From: the human T2T-CHM13v2.0 reference genome, Homo sapiens | NCBI RefSeq assembly: GCF_009914755.1 | Contig: NC_060935.1 | Length of the DNA: 64,000 nt | Direction: 5' to 3' (one strand) | Part shown: positions 13,021 through 28,201 of the stretch, piece after piece | How positions within the stretch are numbered: the stretch's first letter is position 1 | How the letters are laid out: each line of letters begins with the position of its first letter | The notes under the pieces: model-generated | Told to the model about the DNA's origin: nothing | Database searches by the model: none | Seen by the model: the letters and a program-made list of their open reading frames with translations, nothing else | Program-made: the position numbers and the translations under genes

Positions 13021-13473
13021 GTCGGTGCAAAGACTGGGAAGGGTGATTGTGGGAATTCCCTGGGAGGAGAAAGGGTGGCCCCGAGGCGGTTCCAGGGGTG
13101 GGGGTTGTCCTCCACCGAGGGAGGGGCTCCCAGCTCAGTTTCTTGACTAAAGTTTTCTGTAAGTTTATAGACGGTTAGCGCCAAGACCCAATTGTGATGG
13201 TTTAGAACAAATTTGGGTCAAAATCTCATGAGCCCCTGAGAGGACCAAGTAAGGCTGTTGTCCCTTCCCCGAAGCACCTCCCACCAGAGGCTCTGTCCTA
13301 GGCTCTAGACACCATCCCCCACCCACCCATAAAGCAGAAAGCCATAGCTCGCTACCCAAGGGCTCCAAGTAGAGGGTCTTTACACATGAGTGCCAAATGA
13401 ACTGGGAACCCTGCTTGCCCTCGCTCCTACCCACTCCCATGGCAGGGGACCCCAAAACTGGTTGTCTCCTCAG

Positions 13474-13571
13474 GTGGAGCCTTATACCAACCGGTTACCA
13501 TGGTAACCTCCCAGGGTCAGGTGGTCACCCAAGCAATCCCCCAGGGAGCCATCCAGATCCAGAACACACAG
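13474..13571 (+). CDS. PKNOX2: PKNOX2 coding exon (GALYQPVTMVTSQGQVVTQAIPQGAIQIQNTQ)
   Basis: tctcctcag acceptor and gtgagt donor at 13572. 98 nt, phase 1/0. Confidence 0.95.
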
Positions 13572-13859
13572 GTGAGTGTGTGTAGGTGTGTGCACATGTG
13601 CATGGTGTGGGCTAGGGCACCTGTAATCGCTTCTTATCTGCCAGGCACTTTACACGGGTGACTCATTGAATCCTCATCATCCTCTAAGAGGTATCATTAC
13701 CCCTACTTTACAGATAAGAAGCTGGGTCTTGGAAAGGTTTTATCAACTCCTGGGATTTTGCTGCCTCCCTCCTGGGGTTACATCAAAGGATCCTGCACTT
13801 CCTATTCCTGTCTGCAGACTGAGCCGCTGTGTCCCTCAGTGGTAGAGAGTGCACACACA

Positions 13860-14095
13860 AAGGAAGAGTAGAAAGATCGGAAGTCAGAGTCTGGGATCTG
13901 ACATTAACTCTGGGATCTCTGATAAGTCACCTAACCTCTCTGAGCCTCAGACTTCTTATTGATAAAAGGGGGATTAATAGCAACTGCACACAGCCTAGCC
14001 AACCTACAGGGCTGCTGTGAGAATGAACCACAGCGATGGATAGGAAAGTGCTTTGCAAACTGTAAAGTACCACAGAAATGCTGATAACTACTTGA
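13860..14095 (+). mobile_element. MIR SINE
   Basis: aagtcacctaacctctctgagcctcag...ggctgctgtgagaat. Confidence 0.7.
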
Positions 14096-14148
14096 CAGCT
14101 TATGGCAAATTCATATCTTCTCCTGTTCTCTCTGCATGGCCCTGTTTC

Positions 14149-14152
<4 letters not shown>

Positions 14153-14212
<60 letters not shown>
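14153..14212 (+). repeat. (CT)n microsatellite
   Basis: Long, nearly pure CT run ~240 bp upstream of a PKNOX2 acceptor. Confidence 0.95.
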
Positions 14213-14215
<3 letters not shown>

Positions 14216-14448
14216 CCCCTTCCCCATCTCTTCCTCCTTGTCCTTCTTCCCTTCTCCCATCACCCAAGCCTCACCTCCACTCTCTGAGGGGCTGGCATGG
14301 GCTGAGAGGGAAAGGTGACCTCCCCAGGGCCCTAGGAATGAGCCGGGAAAGGGGCTGGCAGCCAAGCCTGCCGTCGCTATGGCAACAGGTCCCCAGCCGC
14401 TGCCCTCACAGGCTGCTGATGCTGATTTTCTCTCCACGTGCCCTGAAG

Positions 14449-14568
14449 GTTAACCTTGACCTCACCTCCCTCCTGGACAATGAGGATAAGAAGTCCAAGA
14501 ACAAACGAGGAGTCTTGCCCAAGCATGCCACCAATATAATGCGTTCTTGGCTCTTCCAGCATCTCATG
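14449..14568 (+). CDS. PKNOX2: PKNOX2 coding exon, homeodomain N-terminus (VNLDLTSLLDNEDKKSKNKRGVLPKHATNIMRSWLFQHLM)
   Basis: aag acceptor and gtgagt donor at 14569. 120 nt, phase 0/0. KRGVLPK...WLFQH is TALE homeodomain helix 1. Confidence 0.96.
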
Positions 14569-17359
14569 GTGAGTGTGTGTGTCTTGGGGGTGTGGAGTCC
14601 CGGCATGGGGTATGAATAACCCACCGTGTGGGTACCAGACTCTGCTGTCGGCTCCAAACCCACAGACAGAGGGCGCGGCCTCGGGGAGAGCTCTCTGATA
14701 GGAATGACATCTGGAGTCCAGGCCAGGGGGGCTCAGGTGGGGCCTAAAGCTGGAGACCTTCTCCAGTACCTGCTGCTGTTGCTATCTGGAAAAAATGTGG
14801 CAACACATGGGGTAATGGGGACAAGTGCATGCTCAAGAGTCAAGTGCTGGGCAGGTGTGTCACACTGTTTCATGAACAGAGAGAGGGTCACTGCGGGGAG
14901 TGGGTGGTTTCTGGTCCAGAGCCCTCCCCCTGCCGCAGCCACGCTCACCGTGCCCCTCTCCCATGGAAGAATGTGTTGACTCTGCCAGGACTCCTGAGTC
15001 CTCCCCACTGGGTGAGCCAAGCGCTGTGTGGTGGAGATGGGCGCCAAGGCTGGAATCCTGGCTCCTCATGTCACAGCTCAGCTCCAGGACACAGCACTAT
15101 TTCTTTCATAAGCTGCAGCAGCTCCTTTTATAAAATGGCACACTACCTCGGGTTGCAGTGGAGTGTTACTGAAGTGCATACTGTGTGAAGGTTGCTATGT
15201 GTTTGTGTGCAGCATTAGTTGCAAAAGACGAGCCTTTGGTGGAATGTCAGGAAACACTTCAAAATTGCAATCTCCCAACACCACTTTCAAGGGCTGTGGC
15301 AGTAAATAAAGGCCAGTGACTGTGCTGAGTGTGTATGCGCTGGTGTGTGTGTGTTCTGGGGTGGGGAGGTAGATGCTGTGACCACGGGCGGGCTTCCATT
15401 AGTCTGCGAGCTCCTGCCCTGGCATGTCAGGACAGACAGACACAGATACAAGACAAATTCCAAGGGACTGAGGATCCATTGGCTGGAGAACTGTGGGAAG
15501 AATCAGGAGGAAGAGGAAATCCTTCTTCAGGGAGGAGAAAAATCGAATGGGCCATGGAAACTAATTAGTCCATCAACAGCCGTTGTATCTGAACTGGGAG
15601 AGCCTTCAGAAGCCATGGAGACCAGGCCTCAGTGGTTCTCAGACTTTAGTGGCAGCAGAAGACTGACTGGGTCTTGGGGGCTCTGATTGGGAAGTGCTGG
15701 ACCTTCCTGTGCACCCAAGAGACTGGAAGGATTACCTCCTAGAAAGAGATGAGAGCCGGAGCTCGGCATCTCCCCAAAAGTGTTCCCTCGCCTCTGGGGG
15801 CGTGGGGCTGCCCCAGTGGTTTGCTGAGTGAGTACATTTTGAAAGCACTGACTAGTCTGAACACCTACAGTTTCCAGATGAGAAAGCTAATTTGGAGAGG
15901 AGGGGCTGGAATGCTGGAGTTAAGGTGAGGAAAGGAGGCTGGAGGGAACCCTGTGCCTAGGTGATGAGGCCAGAGGCCCCGCAGCAGGTCCAGCCTCAGG
16001 CCTCTAAGGAGCAGCTCTGATTCAGTGGCTGGAGTGCACAGGGGGAACGCCCAGGTCTCCTGCCTTTCGGGTTTTCCAAATTGCCTGAGAGCCAGGGGGC
16101 TCAGATGGACTCAGTGACCTGTGGGTCCAGCGTCCATGCCACAGCTCCCAGCCTACCTGTGGGAGGAAGGATGCATCTTCTGTGCACTGACCTGGCACAA
16201 CCAAAATGAAAGCACCACCCGCTCCCAACTGCTCGTGGAGCTAAGTCTGGCTGCGCTCATTGTGGTGGGTGACATACGATGCAGGGTCACAGGGGTGCTA
16301 GAAAGCTCATGGGCTTTTGAGGCAGCTGAACCTGGGTTCAGAGGTCAGTGTTACCTTTTACCCGGCAACTTGGTCACACTCGCCTCTTAGGAAGACTGTG
16401 ATGAAGTAATGAAAGATTGCCAGGACCCTGGCCCACTGAATTGCTTAATAAATGCTCCCTTTCCTTCCCCACCTCCCACCCCCATGCGTTTTTGAAGACT
16501 GTTGTGAACATACCTACAACCTCACTTCTGAAGGGGGAGAAAGGCAAGAGGAGAGAGAGGAAGCTGCAAGGCAGATTCCCCTGCCCAGGAGCCCAGGTGT
16601 CCAGGCCAGCACCTGCTCACTGACTCTCCTCACCCTATCTGTGGCCTTCCCCTTCACTACTTTCCACTCCCCACTTGCAACTTACCCCTGGGAATCGTTA
16701 GCCTGAGACTGGAGGGTCACCCATCTCTGTCCCTCCTGGTCATGCCTGGCCTCTCACCTGGGACCTCGGTTCATGCCCCACCCTCTCATCTCCTTCCTTG
16801 TGAGCCTCCCTGCAGAGCTCAGGGTCCTGTCTTTCCACTCCATGGTCACTTCCACCCAGACTTGGGAAGGCAGAGGAAGGGGAGGTGGAGAAGAGAGGAA
16901 GTAGTAGCTGAGCACAGAGTGAGGCAGGACCCAGGCTGGCATCTACAGAAAGCACCAGGGATAGGGTAGAGGACTTGCCGAAACGCATGAGGAGGGGCTT
17001 TCTGCCCACACTTTCCCACCCACCCCTGTTGCCCTCTCCAGCCTGGCAGTGGGCACAGGTGCAGGTGCCATTCATGACGCGCTTAACATTGGCAGAGTCC
17101 TCCCCCAGTTCATCACAGTGGCCTCTAGAGAGGCAAGGGGAGTGGCCACTGGGCCTCTAAAGGCAGAGCTCAGAACTTTGGGACTGAAGGGAAGGAAGAA
17201 AATGAGAAGTCCAGGCTGCTCTAGGGAAACAAGCAGACCCAGCTGTCCTTGGCAGGCCACACCTGGGCCACACAGCCATGCACATGTGGACACACCCTCC
17301 CCAATCCTCAGCTGCTTCAGGAAAGAGGCTATAAAGGCTCTTCATAACTAGGCACGGTA

Positions 17360-17555
17360 GAAAGAAGACAGGATTTGAAGCCAGACAGATCGAGGCATGA
17401 ATTGAGGCTCTCCCACTAGCAGTGTGATTACCCTGATTCTATTTCTTTGAAAAAAAAAAAAGAAGCTAATACTTATTTCCCATGGTTGTGAAAATTCAAT
17501 GAGAAAATGTATATAAAGAGCCAGGCCTAGCACATAGCACTTAAGAAATAAGTTC
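17360..17555 (+). mobile_element. MIR SINE
   Basis: ttgaagccagacaga...ggttgtgaaaattcaatgag...cctagcacatag. Confidence 0.6.
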
Positions 17556-17928
17556 CCTTTGAATTTTTTAGAACAATGGACCAAGAGCAAGTTTTGGAGG
17601 CTGAAGACCCAAAATTTGTGAATATTAATCAGAGGTAGATAGCTGATTTGTTGTTTTCATCTATAACACCTACTGATTTTACTATCATTTGGCCGTAAGA
17701 GTAACGGACAGTACTGTGACTTACTCATTCTTTGGGTAGATGTGTGTGCCTCTCTTGCATCTCTGACTCTGTTGTAAATTTCTCAGAAATAAGGATCATA
17801 CATTATATTCCTCTAGGAGCCCTACAGCATTAATTCCCAAGGTACGGAGCTTTATAGGATTTATGAGGTCTTGCACCCCAAAAGAAGTTCCATGGTGAAA
17901 TAAGTTTGGGCCAATCTGAGTTATATAA

Positions 17929-18215
<287 letters not shown>

Positions 18216-18722
18216 TATTTTTTTTTATTCTTACAGGACGAAGGGGCATGGTGAATTTGCAAGAGGGGTAAGGTTCGAAGCTTCTCCCAAACTTATGTGA
18301 ACACTTTACATCCCCCTTGGTGTTTTCACTGTTGCTCTGAGGAACAACTCTGAGACTGTAATTCTTGAAAAATGCAACTCTAGGGAGACACTGTGTCAGG
18401 CCAATAAGAGCTGCTCAGCTTTAGGAAAGAAGAGCGGAAAGGGTATGAAGTAAGGACAGACCTAAATATGCCATCGATGTTCTCACATCCAGTGCAGCTG
18501 GGACAACTAATTTGTTGTTGATTGAAAAAATTAGTTTAAAAAAGAAACAACCATTCAAAAGAGATACTTTAATTTAAAAGATGGACATACCGTATACATT
18601 CATTTGCTAATCTTTTGATACAGGACTAAGGTCTTTTTCTAATTGTTAGTCATCTTCCTTGCATAAACCTCTCCTATACTGTAACATCTATAAATTCCAC
18701 CTCAATAGAAAGTGGAATTACA

Positions 18723-19119
<397 letters not shown>

Positions 19120-20119
19120 TCATCTGATCCTAACTATTCAGCATTTGTAAGCAAATTTGGGCCTCAAGACTTTTGAAAGCTTTCTACTTATCAACAGCGA
19201 CTCTTTTTGCACTCATATTTCATTGGTTTACAGAAGAGTTTGTTAAATTACAGAAACGTACATACTTTATTAATAATACATAGAATTGGCATAAACCAGT
19301 CTGCATACAAGCACTGCTGACTTTCAGATAAGCAGGTAGTGTGGCTAACAGACATTCTACAAAACAGCCTACTCATCTCAAGCATTCAGAGTGCTGCAGA
19401 CAGCAGTTCTAATGATTTACAGAAGAAGTGGAAACAGCATTGATTAATCCACAAACTTTGCTAAATAGGGATTGGTTGTGAGAATGTCTGTAGTAAATAC
19501 TGGTTCCTGTTGTCTTCTTTCCCTGGGGCATAAGTTTGTATTCTTTGGTTCCCTTTGTCCTATGTCTGGGGCTTCTTGTCATTTCTACTGTTCTGCAGCC
19601 CTGGCAGCTACAGGAAAGTATTCAGATGATAGAAGGCTCCTGAGATGGAGGTGAAATCCCAGAGCCTTTTTGCTGTTAGGCTGCAGTGAGATTGGGATGG
19701 TTTCATACGTTAGCTGCTCGCCTCTGAGTCCCTGAAGAATCCAGTGACATTTTCTTGCCCTTGCATTTGGCTGAAAGAGGCCACACTCCTGCTGGAAGCA
19801 ATCATTCCATAGCAGACTCAGGTCGGCCGAGAGCCCATGGCAGAGAGTCCTCCTCTTGGAGGGTGGAGAGGTAGGCACTGTTCCCCATCCCCAGCTTCTA
19901 CTCCACCCCTTCTGCTCCAGATCTTGGAGTCTTCCTGACCTGCCACGTGATTCTGCTCCTTTCCATCCCAAATATGACATCTGTCTGTGCTGCTGCCAGC
20001 CAAGCACATGAGCAGCTTTTCAGAATATGCTCTGTGTGCGGGGAGATCCTGGAGACCAGGCCCCAGCAGGCCCTGCCATCCACCAGAGGAGCCGCTTCTG
20101 CATTAGCCACTGCAGCGTG

Positions 20120-20330
20120 CCGGGTTCTGCACTAAACACTGTAACGCATCATCTCATTTAACCCACACAACCACCCTAGGAGGAGGTAATACAATTCACC
20201 TCATTTTACCAGTGACAAAACTGACACTCGAAGAAGGCAACACATTTCTCAAGGTCACATGGATGACAGGTGGCACAGGATTTGAACCCGGACCTATGCA
20301 ACTGGAGGCTCTAATCTCTTACCCACCACT
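20120..20330 (-). mobile_element. MIR SINE
   Basis: atctcatttaacccacacaaccaccct...cattttac...aaggtcacat...ggatttgaaccc. Confidence 0.75.
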
Positions 20331-20689
20331 TTGACCCAAGAAACCACAGACATCTCTTGGCTCCCATGCAAAGTCTGGGTAAAGCAAAGGGGAACCCCAA
20401 CGCCCAGCAGAGGCGTGGAGCCCCGTCCTGGGAGAGGTGTAGAGATTTTACATGTCCAGTCCCGGTCTTCAGACCTCACAGCGATGCTGCCTTTGATGTC
20501 TCCCCCACCCCACTCATCACATTCAGAAGCCTGGCCTGGCATCCAGCTGCACTCTGCCATCCACCACCCCATCTTCCATTCAGCCACAAGGAGCTGAGGG
20601 CTCACTCCAGGGCCCTTCTATGAACTCTGCTGTGGTCACAAAAGCTGAGTGCACAAAAAACACCCAGGGCCTTCTCTGTGTGACTTTTT

Positions 20690-21100
20690 AGATAGAAACA
20701 TAATTCACGTACCATAAAATTTACCGTTTTAAACTGTGGAATTCAGTGGCTTTTAGTATCTTTACAGAGTTGTGCAATCATCACCACCATCTAATTCCAG
20801 AATATTTTCATCACCCCAAAAAGAAAGGTTGTACCCATTAGCCATCACTCCCCAGCCCCTGGCAACCATGAATTCACTTTCTGCCTCTATGGGTTTGCCT
20901 ATTCTGGACATTTCACCTAAATGGAATTGTGGGATTCTCATGTCTAGCTTCTTTTACTTAGGACAATGTATCAGTACTTCATTCCACGTTGTGGTTGAAG
21001 CATATTCCATGGTACAGATGTAGCACATTTTGTTTATTCATTTATCAGTTGATGGACTTTGGGGTTGCTTTCACTTCTTGGCTCATAAGTCCTGCTGCCA
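20690..21100 (-). mobile_element. L1M (L1MB-like) 3' fragment
   Basis: ataattcacgtaccataaaattt...ttgtgcaatcatcaccac...ttccagaatattttcatcacccc...tttgcctattctggacatttc. Confidence 0.8.
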
Positions 21101-21404
21101 TGACGGGTATACTCTGCATGATTCTGTGCCTGTTGTTCTCTTAGACTCTGTCAGATGCCCAGCTATCCTTCCCCCAGCCTGAGAACCTCACATGCCGGGC
21201 TCCTTCTGGCTGGGGGGAGGCAGAGCGGCTGTACCCCAGGAACAGCGGGTGCACTGCACAGAGCTCCTGGCCAAGGAGGGCACGTGGAGGTGAAGCCCAG
21301 CCAGTTGCCTCTGTGCCTCGGTGTTGCCTTTGGTCACTCCACATTCTTTGCATGCCTCGCTACCTCCCCTGCGCAGAGCATTGTGTTAAGTCTTGAAGGG
21401 ATGA

Positions 21405-21719
21405 CAGTCAGCCCTCTGTGTCTATGGGTTCTGAATCCCTGGATCCGACCAACCTTGGATTGAAAATATATCTTTAAGTGGATGGTTGCATCTGTCCTGA
21501 ACATGTATCGCCTTTTTTCTTGTCATTATTCCCTAAACAACACAGTATAATAACTATTTATATAGCATTTACATTGTATTCATTACTGTAAGTAATCTGG
21601 AAATGTTTTAAAATGTACGGGAGGATGTTTGTAGGTTATATGCAAATACTACATCATGTTATATCAGGGACTTGAGCATCCATGAATTTTGGTCCCCCAC
21701 GGACACTGGAGGTTGACTC
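21405..21719. mobile_element. MER2 (TcMar-Tigger) non-autonomous DNA transposon
   Basis: Termini cagtcagccctc / gaggttgactc. Internal ttcttgtcattattccctaaacaa and taggttatatgcaaatacta. Confidence 0.8.
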
Positions 21720-22456
21720 TCTCTAGCTGTATCTCTGTCAAAGGCCCACCTACAGGACCCATCCACATGGCTGACATAGGAATGGCAATGTTTCTTAGAA
21801 ACCACATAGCCTATGGAAAGGACATGGTTCCTGGGGCAGGACCTGGGTTGAGTTTTCACCACCCCCTCTACCTAGCTTGGCGAGCTTGGGTGATTGTTTG
21901 CCCTTGTGAAGCCTCTCTTTCCCCTGCTGTAAAACAGGAGCTGCAATATCCAGCTCATAGGTTGTTGTGAGAATAGAATAAGCGGATGGGCGTGAAGGTT
22001 CTTTGTCCCGATACAGGCACCGCTACTGCTACAAATGCCTCCAGTCTCATTGAGAGTTCCCATAATTGGCCTTGCCTTGGAAAATGCTGAGAGAAACCAC
22101 AAAACTTTTGGGGAACCTATGGAGGAAAGCAAGAACCCCTGAAAAAAAAAGAAAAAAAAAAAAACAAGAAAATGGCTTAGGGAGACTGGCCCATTTTTGT
22201 TCCAGAATATTTTGTCTGCTACCTTTTCCTTTAACTTCCTCATACTGTCTGAAATTCCACTTGCATACGTATTAAGGATTAACTTTTTAATGAAATTCCA
22301 CTATTAGAGACCCATTTTAAACTATCCAATCCCTGTACAAAGCAATGACTATGAAAGGCTGTGAGGCCATCATTTACTCACAGATTAGTACGAATTAGTT
22401 CAAAAGCTTGCTTTACTATTCCCACTCAGCTAAGATCAGCTTCATGGGAAGAATGG

Positions 22457-23364
<908 letters not shown>

Positions 23365-23994
23365 CTATCTTTTGAGAATCTGATGAAAGCTTATTTAGAT
23401 CATTGTGAACATAGTTTCAGGGCATTTGACCCTGAAGTCAGGGGTCCCAGAGGCCTGAGATTCAGCATGCTGACTGTAGGGTGACACAGAACCCAGGGGC
23501 TTCTGAGAAAAGGAACTGGGGCATCGTGTCAATAGGGCACAAAAAGGAGACGCTGAAGGTTCACTTGCATCAATCATGGAGTCTTCCCCAGCCTAGTTCT
23601 GACCCTGAAAGCAGAGAGCAGTCTCTCGCCTGTCCTTCCTGAAGCCCATGGACCCCTCCCGACTTGAACACAGATCTTTAACCAAAGTGGCTTTTAGGAC
23701 TGGCCAGGAAAACTGCCTGTTTTTAGAATAACTTCTGTCTATGAAAAAAAAACATGATCTAAGTTCCAAATAACATATCTCTTCACGAACACCCAAATTT
23801 CAGGTATGAGATGTGATTTCAGCACTAAGGGGGTTGATCATGTAATTGGGGAAATAAATGATAGACATAAGCCAGGAGAGGTCAACCCACGACGTAATCA
23901 AGTGCTATTATACAAGCACGGACACTCGAGCGGCTCAAGAGCCAGAAGAGTGTGTCCAGGCGCTAGAATCAGGTTGCAAAAGGTTCTTTGACAA

Positions 23995-24120
23995 TCATCT
24001 TCAGAGGGGGCAGGCAGGATGGGGAGATGTTTCTTCCAGTGACCCTAACAGGAAGCATGTCATGTGAGGAGCGGCTGAGGGGTCTGGGGATATCTTGCCT
24101 GCAGAAAAGAAGACTCGGGC
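23995..24120 (+). mobile_element. Probable CR1/L3 fragment, followed by a MIR (~24140-24350)
   Basis: tgtgaggagcggctgaggggtctggggatatcttgcctgcagaaaagaagactc resembles the L3 3' region. Confidence 0.5.
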
Positions 24121-25654
24121 AGCCTGTTCCTTTATGGCAGCATGGTGTAGCGCAAGGAGCAAGGGCTTTGGAGGCAGATAGGCTTGAGTTGGTCCAAGCT
24201 CTAATTTTACTTACTGTGTGATCTGGAACAGGTTAATGAACTTCTCTGATATTGCTTTCCTCTTTATAAAATGGAGATAGAAATGCTACCTATGATGAAT
24301 AGGATTGACAATATGTTAGAAAACACAGTGCCTGAAGGGTGGCCACGTGTTCAGCAGAAACGCCTTCCTACCCGTCAGAGCAAAGGGCTATGCACTGAAC
24401 GATGGTGGCCTTGCAGGCCGGCATGTCACATTTTTTATGTCAGCACACATAGAAAATGATAGTCAAGCCACCAGGCTGCTTACGCCCGGAGACCAGCCGG
24501 GGAGCCCTTGCTGCTCCAGACTCTGCAAACCACATCCGGGGCCAAGGACACCGCTGTCTGCACACTTACACCTTCTTGGGGTATGCTGGCTGGAAAGCGC
24601 TGGTGTAGAGGGCTCCTGCCCTGTGGGAGAAGCTGGACACAGAGACCCTGAGAGCTCTGTGTAATCTTGAGATGTTGGTTAACAGGGTTTGGTTGGAGAA
24701 GCTGGCATTTGGGCTGGGCCTTATGAAGGATGGCTAGGATTTAGGATTGGGTAGGAAGAGAAAAAGGAGGGGTCATTTTGGATGACAATTATCTCTTAGA
24801 TAATCATCAATGCCCCTATGATTCGTATTGGCCACAGGGAGTGACCCCTCGCTCCAAGTTGTTGTGGTCATCAAACCCTCTTCACCCCTTATTCTCACTC
24901 TTGAAACCTGGGAACACTGTGGCCCCTTACCCCAGCCACGACTGTCTTCATTCTAGACGCTGTTCAGGCATCTGTGCCTGAAGGCCTTTAGTGTACGGCT
25001 ACCAGGAGGAAGGAGGTCAGGCCAGCTGGGTTCTTGGTTACATTTCTCTCTTTGTCCCAGAGAAATCTTAGACCTCAGACTCCTGCCTGTGGGGTGAGAG
25101 TGTTTTCTCCACCCATCCTTCGCTGTAGGGATCTAGAGAGAAGCTGCCCTCCAACTCCCCAGGAGTGATGTTTGACTGTCGGAGGCATCCCCTGGTGTAG
25201 CGCTGTCCCAGGGTGTGTGCCCTGCTGGCAATGTGTCCCCAGGGAAGGAAGAATTGGATTGATGCTTCTCCATCCAAGACTGAGCCTTGTCGACAACAGG
25301 CAAGTCAGCTGCAGGGTTGCATGGAGGCGCTGAAAAGGGAAGGTGTGCAAGAGACCCCTGGGTTGCACTGAGCCCCAGGACACCCCAGAGGGCTGCAGCT
25401 CTAAGAAAGTCCACCTGAAAAATGGCTGCAGGAGATTTACAACCTCACAGCATTCCCCAAGAAGCTTAAGACTCAGGTTAGGATAAAATGTCCCCATCAT
25501 AGTACATGCAGGAAATAAAACCCATTTGAAAAAATGAGCGTATTTGTATGCTCACAGAAGGGGCTGCTGGGAGGCTCCTGCCATCTGCCAGGAAACAACC
25601 TGTGGCTTCTTCAGAGACACAGCCACATGCGTCAAGCTACAGACTTATTTGTTA

Positions 25655-25990
25655 TTTATTTAACAAACACAGAGTACACTAAGCACCGTTCTAAATAGCT
25701 TTCGTATATTAACTCATTTACTGATACTGATCAGTTTAGCTACACACACACACACACACATATGTATACACATACATATATACGTATGTATATACACATA
25801 TATACATATATACTCATTTAATTCTTATAGCAGCCTTGAAGCAGGTGGAATTATCTCTCCCATTTTACAGAAGAAGAAACTAAGTAATTTGCCCAAGGTC
25901 TCACGCCGGTTAGAGACAAGACAAGGATTCAAACCTGGGCAGTCTGACTCTAGAGTCCGTGTTCTCACGTACTTCTAACAGTACTGCCTC
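25655..25990 (-). mobile_element. MIR containing an internal (CA)/(TA) microsatellite (25742-25812)
   Basis: ccattttacagaagaagaaactaagtaatttgcccaaggtc. aactcattta / tactcattta flank the simple repeat. Confidence 0.7.
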
Positions 25991-28201
25991 CACGTCTTCT
26001 TTAGAGAGGTGACCGGTGTGCCTTAATGGACTCTTAAGTACCCCCTTTTTCTCTTCCACATCCTCCCTGAATATACGTTCAACAATAATTGAAAAAGCAG
26101 CATTATTAGTGAGTAGAGCAACCTGCCTCTAGGTGGAGCTCCTGGGAGGTCCGATCACTGATGCTTTCCCCACTCACCTTTAACCTGCAGATGCCCACAG
26201 GAAATGGTGAGAAGTACCAGTTACTCCGAAGGCCCCGTGTTCGTTCATTCAACAGATGCATACTGAACACTTACTACATGCCACACATTTTTCCTTGGTG
26301 CTAGTGAGGTAGGGTTGAAAAGAAAGACATGGTCCCTTTTCTCAAAACACTTGCAGCCTGCCCCTTGGGGTGACAGGTAGCTACACAGACCCAAAGCCCC
26401 TGTAGTAGGAAGAATCCTAGATAGGGCAAGTGCTCAGAGCTCATAGAAGGGGCATCTGAGAGGGCTTCACTTATCAGGGATGGGGATGGGGAGGAGGTTA
26501 AGAAGGACCCATCTTGCTGGCATTGTGAAGCATAGATTGACACAGAAACCAGAGGGAAAGAGAATAGTTTTGAGATTGCAGGAAGGTGAAGAATGGGACA
26601 GCAGTGTGTCTTCACAGTGGAAAACTACACAGCGATTAAAAGGAACAATTACAGTTAAACAGAGCCAGCATGGATGAATGATTCCATTTACATCAGGTTC
26701 AAAAACCTGATGTCAACTAGGTCATCATGTTTAGGATGTAACACAGATAGCAAAACTATAAAGAAAAGCAAGAAAGTGGTTACTGCAAAAGTCAGGAGAT
26801 CTTTGGAGAGGTGTTTGGGGGGACAGAAGGGGGTTTGTGGGGTGCTGGTAGTATCCTATTTTTTTGACCTGGGGGTGGTTACACGGGTGTTTGCTTTTCT
26901 TCGTACTTTTCTGAGTGTTCAGTTTTAAGGGGAGCAGGGATAAAAATGAGAGCAAAAATAAAAGAATGGAAAGCATGAACAAGGGCAATGACTACAGAAA
27001 GAGAAGTTTCTCGGGTGACTTATTGTGCTTCTCTTTATTCTAAAAGGCTTTTTTTTTCTTCCATTTTAACATCTCTGAAATTGGGTACATCCCACCATCA
27101 GTGGCCTCTTAGATGTGATGGAATGTGGTCGTTTTGGGGCCCCCACCATCCTGGCTGCCTTCCTCTGGGTCTCTGGCCCTCCTAGAGTGGAACCACCCCA
27201 GAGTGGTGGCTGGCAGCAGCCCATGGCCCCACAGCTGTCAAGAGGGAGAGGAGGGGAAAAGCGTGTAGTGGACTCTGGTGCAGCGCTGCTGATGGCAGGA
27301 AACCTAATGGAAGCTCGCTGATCTGAATCAGCCTCCATGCCCCGCTCCACCAGCACCTCAGTGTCTATTGACACTGACAGGCTGCGGCTTCCCATCTGCT
27401 GTGTCCCTTGGTGAACTGGCTCACCTCATGGTGAGATCTACATGGCTAGGAGGTGGAAGGACAATTGCCAATGGGCTGTGCATGAAAGAAATATCCAGGA
27501 CCTGTGAACCAGAACTGGCTTAGCTTCCTTCTGAACCAGCCCCTGGGCAGAACTCACTCTTTCAATTGAAAGATGCTTTTAGTATCAGTTTAGTCCAGAG
27601 GAGAGTTGCGTTATGGGGCTATAAAGGGAGGTATCAGAGAGAGATGGGAAAGAGTTGAGGTCAGATTTCAGCGGAACTTCCTGGTGGCAACTACAGTGCC
27701 CTGAGACACCTACTTGGTGTAAATACCATAATTCCCTTCTCTAGAGTCCTTGAGTATTCAACTAGATGATGCCGGGAGGCTTCAGTGCATCGCACAGAGT
27801 GAGTCAATGGAGCACACAGGCTTACCCTGCACTATCTCATTAAATCATCCCCATGTCCAAGAGTTAGTCACTGTTTTGCTACTTCCATCTAAGGATGGAA
27901 GACATAAAACAAACAAAGGTCACTTGCGTGTGTCAAGGTCACACAATGTTAAGGGGTGGGTCAGGACTTGATCCCATCTCTGAAGGTCCTTTACTCCCTG
28001 GCAGCACTGCCCAGTCGTGTGAGGCTCCAGCTGTCCCTGACAAGGCTCTGTCATCTTCTAGTCTGTTCTGTACCTCTTTTTCTTTTTCTTTTTCTTTTCC
28101 TTGCTTTTCATGAACTGTATCTACTTCTTTTTCAAGGAAGGATTATCTACTTCCAGAGAGCTACTGTCTGGGCCCTTCTCTTCCAAATCCAGGGAGTTCC
28201 C

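Noticed and set aside
14053-14437. LSLSLS and REREREER ORFs
   Set aside because: Translations of the (CT)n microsatellite. Only 14449-14568 is a real exon.
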